A DNA stretch of 32,000 nucleotides from Marinicellulosiphila megalodicopiae (GTDB lineage: Bacteria; Pseudomonadota; Gammaproteobacteria; Pseudomonadales; Natronospirillaceae). The translations under genes and the position numbers were made by a program. The notes under the pieces were generated by a model that made no database searches, had not been told where the DNA came from, and saw nothing but the letters and a program-made list of their open reading frames with translations. Location of the stretch: NCBI RefSeq assembly GCF_045862395.1, contig NZ_AP023087.1, positions 1,699,990 through 1,731,989 of the forward strand, read 5' to 3'. Positions 28,290 through 32,000 of the stretch are shown piece by piece (within the stretch, counting starts at the first letter, position 1; each line of letters starts with the position of its first letter).

Positions 28290-31200
28290 ATGAACGATAT
28301 CCAAATACCTGACTTTCTAAAAAAGTCCTTAGCTAGTGGCGAAGTTATTCCTTTGATTGGTGCTGGTGTTTCAATGTCAATTAAAACCAAGGAAGGTGAA
28401 AAAGCATTTCCTTCTTGGTCCGAATTACTTTTTAATGCAGCAGAAAAGCTAGAGAAAGAAGATAGTCAACTTGTTAAGCTTCAAGTAAAAAGAGGGAAGC
28501 TGCAACGCGCGGCTGAAGAAGCACAGGAGCTTCTAACAGGTCGTCCTTGGGGGGACTTTCTTAACTCACAGTTTTCTATTAATTTCAAAGAATTAGATGT
28601 TAGAGGTAAAGCGCTTCCTAAAGCTATTTGGCGATTAAGTAATAGAGTTGTCACTTTGAATTATGACAAGGTTCTTGAATGGGCTCACGAAGAATCTGCA
28701 AATTTATGTGTTTTTGACAATTCTAATTGCACTCAACTTTCAGAGTTTTCAAGACCAAGTCAACAAGAGATGCTCTGGCATTTGCACGGCACAATTGAAC
28801 ACCCAAAACACATGGTACTTACTCCGCAATCATACCACCGCTTATACGAAGAAGAAGCTGAAAAAAACTACAAAGCAGCGCTTACCAAGTTTAGAGAGGT
28901 GATTAGCAATAAGATCATTCTTTTTATTGGTTGCTCACTTGATGACGCAGAACTACTCGCTGAAATAGTGAAACAAAACGAGCTATTTGATGGGAATACT
29001 GGCCCTCATTATGCGCTGGTAAGAAAAACGGATGAACAGGAAATCAAGTCTAAGTTAACAGATAGTCATGTTCAAACCATTACTTTTAGTGATTTTGGTC
29101 AACCACTTATTGATGCTGTCACACAATTAGCTGAATGCAAAAAACAGCAACAGCTAGCAATCAATAATGAAAAAGAACTTAACCAACAACCTAAACTTGA
29201 CAATGACAAAGAACAAAAAAAGAAATTCAATAAAATAAGCCTGTTTACGGCCTCACCTTTAGATAAACCATTAGATGAAATTGATATCATCGCAAAACTT
29301 AAAAAATATAAATACCCTATTTTTCAACAAGCTTTCACCGAAAATAACCTAATGCAAGCCGATGATTACTCAATTATTTTATTACTCGCCAAGAAAACGA
29401 ATGGCGGACTTCTAATTGAAGATGATAATGCTTGTAGTGATTATTTAACTATTGAGGAGTTAGAACAAAACTTGCCAGTGAATGCTAAATTAACAGTATT
29501 GATAACGGACAAGTTACTTAGTGAGCAAGAACTAAAAACAATTAACTTTCCTTTGCTTGTTTTACCTGTATTAAATAAGCAGGGGAAAGATTTAAACATT
29601 CTAGATAAATTAACTCACCAGCTGTTTAAAAAACAGGATATTAAACCCTTTGTTGATAAAGAAGACATTCAATTAGTACAAGTTAGCGACGAGTTATTGA
29701 AGTCACTTAACCCTGAAAATCGAAAGGATTGGTTGAAGCATAATCCTGTATTACCCCGTGATATTAACTCAAGTGAGCTACAAGGTTTTACTGGGCGATT
29801 ATCTGATTTAGCTGATATTAGTCAAAAACTTACCAAAGCGGCGAATGGCCAAAGATTATTAACCATCAAGGGGAGTGGCGGGCTAGGAAAAACTACGATA
29901 GCAAAAAAAGTTGCATTAGAATTAGCCAATCGTGGCCGCTTTGATGCAGGCGTTTACTTTGTTGATTGTGAAAGTATAACCAGCGTAAATCAACTTGAAA
30001 TGCATATAGGTGAAGCTTTTAAATTACGCTCCGCTGATGATTTATTTGGCTACTTGGCGCAACATCACGATCAGCTTAGTCGCTTGTTGATTTTTGATAA
30101 TTTAGAAAGTTTGCTGTATTTAAAAAAATCTGACAAACAGCAAAACAAACAAGCTGTAGATCAAGTTAAAATTTTGTTATCACGTACTTTGATGTATGCG
30201 AACGTATTAGTGACCTCAAGAGAGATTATGAACACTGAATGGGAAGATGTGCTGTCGTTCAGGCAAATGGAATCTGAAGAGGCGCTAACCCTATTTAATC
30301 GTTTAACCAAAAATAACTATCTCAACGAAGATGATCAGGGCTATGTACGTAGGAAAATTTTAGAGCCGCTACTTAACAATAATCCGTTAGCTATTAAACT
30401 TATTTGTGATGGCATGCCTAATGGTAAGTGCTTAAAAGGGTTGAAAAAAGAGTTAGAAGATGACTTTTTTGGTAAGGTCAAAGAAGAAGATTTAATCTTG
30501 ATGTTTGACGATGAAGTTGACGCTAATATTAACCGCCAAGAATCGCTTTACGTTTCTATTCTATATTCATATGAAACGCTAAATAATAGTCAGAAGAGAG
30601 CGCTTGAATCATTTTCTCTATTTCCAGATGGTATTGACTTAAAAACCTTTAAGGCTTTGGTAGCAGAAAGCAAAAAAAGTGACCGAAACCAATACGAGAA
30701 TAAATTTAAAAAACCCGTTAGCGACAAAGATATTACGGTACTTGCAAATAAATCATTAATTGAAAGTAATAATGGAATTTATTCTCTACAGTCTGTCATT
30801 CAACGTTTTTCCCGTTTTCGATTTGACCAAAACACTCAAGAAAAAGATAAGATTGAACTTTTTAGAGGAGCACTTCGTTATAATGAGAAAACGCTGGAGT
30901 TTATTCAAAAATTAGAGAGAGTAAATAAAAAAGCAATCCCTCTATTTCTTTCAATCGTAAATAACTTATTCGCTGCAATTACCTATGGAACTAAAGAAAA
31001 TGTTGTGAGAAATTCAGAAGAAATAGAAGATTATTTTCATATGGTAAGAGCAATTAAAAACTTATCAATTACATTGAACTTATCTCACGACTTTTTAACC
31101 GTACTTAATGAAAATGCTATTGAACATCTCATCACTGAAAATAATAAAGAACAGCTAGAATTAGCATGGCAACTATTTAAAGTTAGCTCTATGTATTATA

Positions 31201-32000
31201 ACGGGGAATTTGATACTGCGTACAGCCAGTTAAATTCATTAATCCCTGTTAAGCTATTAATGACTATCTATGAAAATGATGAAAATGATGAACTTAATAA
31301 TATAATTTATCATACGGCGCAACACGTATATTCCATGGAAGGTGATATTATCAATAATGTTTTGCATATTGAAAAGTTTAATCAGTATCGCTATTTTACG
31401 TTAGTAGCATCTCAAGTACAAACAGCAATGAATGTTGAGCCATTGATGAAGCTGGTTATTCCTGACTTAGATTACTTCGAAGCGCAAAGTTATTTAAGTG
31501 AGGGTGTAGACCTTAATCAAATAAATAAAGTGATTGATGAGTTGCACGAGAATGAACATTTAGACCGAGTAAATTTAACTTATATTAAGTCACGTGATGA
31601 GTATGTGAATTATGAGGTTATCGAAAAATTAGTTAATGTAAACCCTTATACGAGAGGTTTAAAAAGACTGATGTATGCACTTTCATTTGAACATAAATTA
31701 CTTGCTGAAGAGGCTAACCCTGAAAAGAGTATTCCTGACGAGCATAATATCGAATTAAATAATAGGGTTATCGGTTATTATCAATCAGCATTAACTGATT
31801 TAAAGCATATCAAATTTTACTACGTGCAAGCACTTTATTTTTATGCGAGGTTTCTACAAAAAACAGATAATAAAAATTTCGAAAAAGTCTATGAAAACGG
31901 ATTACAATTAACGAAAAAACACCATTATCGTCTTTGGCAACATAAGTTTCATTTGTTGAAACAGCCAGCATTAGGGCCCTATAAACCTGAGAACTATCCT
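28290..32000 (+). CDS. SIR2-like / degenerate CHAT-like module / NB-ARC STAND ATPase / helical-repeat protein, 3'-truncated by the window edge (candidate anti-phage sensor-effector)
   Basis: My own translation: ATG at 28290, then 1,237 sense codons to nt 32000 with no stop, which is why it is absent from the track. Motifs seen:
- SIR2_2-type: VIPLIGAGVSM, TLNYD (N124, nt 28659), WHLHG (H166, nt 28785), LFIGCSLDD
- NB-ARC Walker A: GSGGLGKTT (29871-29897)
- NB-ARC Walker B: LLIFDNLE (D603, nt 30096)
- further NB-ARC motifs: VLVTSRE, a GLPL-like NNPLAIKLI, an RNBS-D-like FSLFPDGIDL, and LQS at the MHD position
- alpha-helical repeats from about nt 30825 onward. Confidence 0.85.
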   Translation, partial: MNDIQIPDFLKKSLASGEVIPLIGAGVSMSIKTKEGEKAFPSWSELLFNAAEKLEKEDSQLVKLQVKRGKLQRAAEEAQELLTGRPWGDFLNSQFSINFKELDVRGKALPKAIWRLSNRVVTLNYDKVLEWAHEESANLCVFDNSNCTQLSEFSRPSQQEMLWHLHGTIEHPKHMVLTPQSYHRLYEEEAEKNYKAALTKFREVISNKIILFIGCSLDDAELLAEIVKQNELFDGNTGPHYALVRKTDEQEIKSKLTDSHVQTITFSDFGQPLIDAVTQLAECKKQQQLAINNEKELNQQPKLDNDKEQKKKFNKISLFTASPLDKPLDEIDIIAKLKKYKYPIFQQAFTENNLMQADDYSIILLLAKKTNGGLLIEDDNACSDYLTIEELEQNLPVNAKLTVLITDKLLSEQELKTINFPLLVLPVLNKQGKDLNILDKLTHQLFKKQDIKPFVDKEDIQLVQVSDELLKSLNPENRKDWLKHNPVLPRDINSSELQGFTGRLSDLADISQKLTKAANGQRLLTIKGSGGLGKTTIAKKVALELANRGRFDAGVYFVDCESITSVNQLEMHIGEAFKLRSADDLFGYLAQHHDQLSRLLIFDNLESLLYLKKSDKQQNKQAVDQVKILLSRTLMYANVLVTSREIMNTEWEDVLSFRQMESEEALTLFNRLTKNNYLNEDDQGYVRRKILEPLLNNNPLAIKLICDGMPNGKCLKGLKKELEDDFFGKVKEEDLILMFDDEVDANINRQESLYVSILYSYETLNNSQKRALESFSLFPDGIDLKTFKALVAESKKSDRNQYENKFKKPVSDKDITVLANKSLIESNNGIYSLQSVIQRFSRFRFDQNTQEKDKIELFRGALRYNEKTLEFIQKLERVNKKAIPLFLSIVNNLFAAITYGTKENVVRNSEEIEDYFHMVRAIKNLSITLNLSHDFLTVLNENAIEHLITENNKEQLELAWQLFKVSSMYYNGEFDTAYSQLNSLIPVKLLMTIYENDENDELNNIIYHTAQHVYSMEGDIINNVLHIEKFNQYRYFTLVASQVQTAMNVEPLMKLVIPDLDYFEAQSYLSEGVDLNQINKVIDELHENEHLDRVNLTYIKSRDEYVNYEVIEKLVNVNPYTRGLKRLMYALSFEHKLLAEEANPEKSIPDEHNIELNNRVIGYYQSALTDLKHIKFYYVQALYFYARFLQKTDNKNFEKVYENGLQLTKKHHYRLWQHKFHLLKQPALGPYKPENYP

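Noticed and set aside
28663-29290. Track ORFs 28663..28902 (+) and 29099..29290 (-)
   Set aside because: Both lie inside the 1,237-codon SIR2-STAND frame, which has strong domain motifs. They are off-frame or antisense and featureless.

Overview
AT-rich, gammaproteobacterial-looking chromosomal window with two different halves. No similarity search was possible, so all calls rest on motifs read from the translations.

nt 1-19,310 is ordinary core genome:
- the tail of a heme/siderophore-type ABC importer (FecCD permease plus HmuV-like ATPase)
- a histidine kinase with an OmpR-type regulator
- yfhL-coaD, and cytochrome b561 with YceI
- yqgE plus an alpha/beta hydrolase
- an S1/P1 nuclease and a CspA-family gene
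- rluE divergent from a monomeric-type isocitrate dehydrogenase
- a fliE-fliF-fliG-fliH-fliI-fliJ block preceded by a good sigma-54 promoter, then a CMD/AhpD-like gene

Within this block FliH is about twice the usual length. It carries an acidic tail that includes a 28-unit ACAGAA (Thr-Glu) microsatellite.

nt 19,311-32,000 is accessory DNA, punctuated by a family of shuffled intergenic repeat modules. It holds:
- a lipoprotein with a beta-propeller
- a TetR / membrane protein / three-GNAT module
- a vapBC pair whose VapC has Asn at the first catalytic Asp position
- a NERD nuclease separated from its own topoisomerase-type zinc ribbon by an in-frame TAG
- an ORF missing from the supplied track because it has no stop inside the window

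That ORF is the main hit. It runs 28290..32000 (1,237 codons, still open) and encodes SIR2-like NADase domain, then a degenerate caspase/CHAT-like alpha/beta module, then an NB-ARC-type STAND ATPase, then helical repeats. I read it as a candidate single-protein anti-phage sensor, possibly working with the upstream NERD gene.

No rRNA, tRNA, CRISPR array, transposase or integrase was seen.
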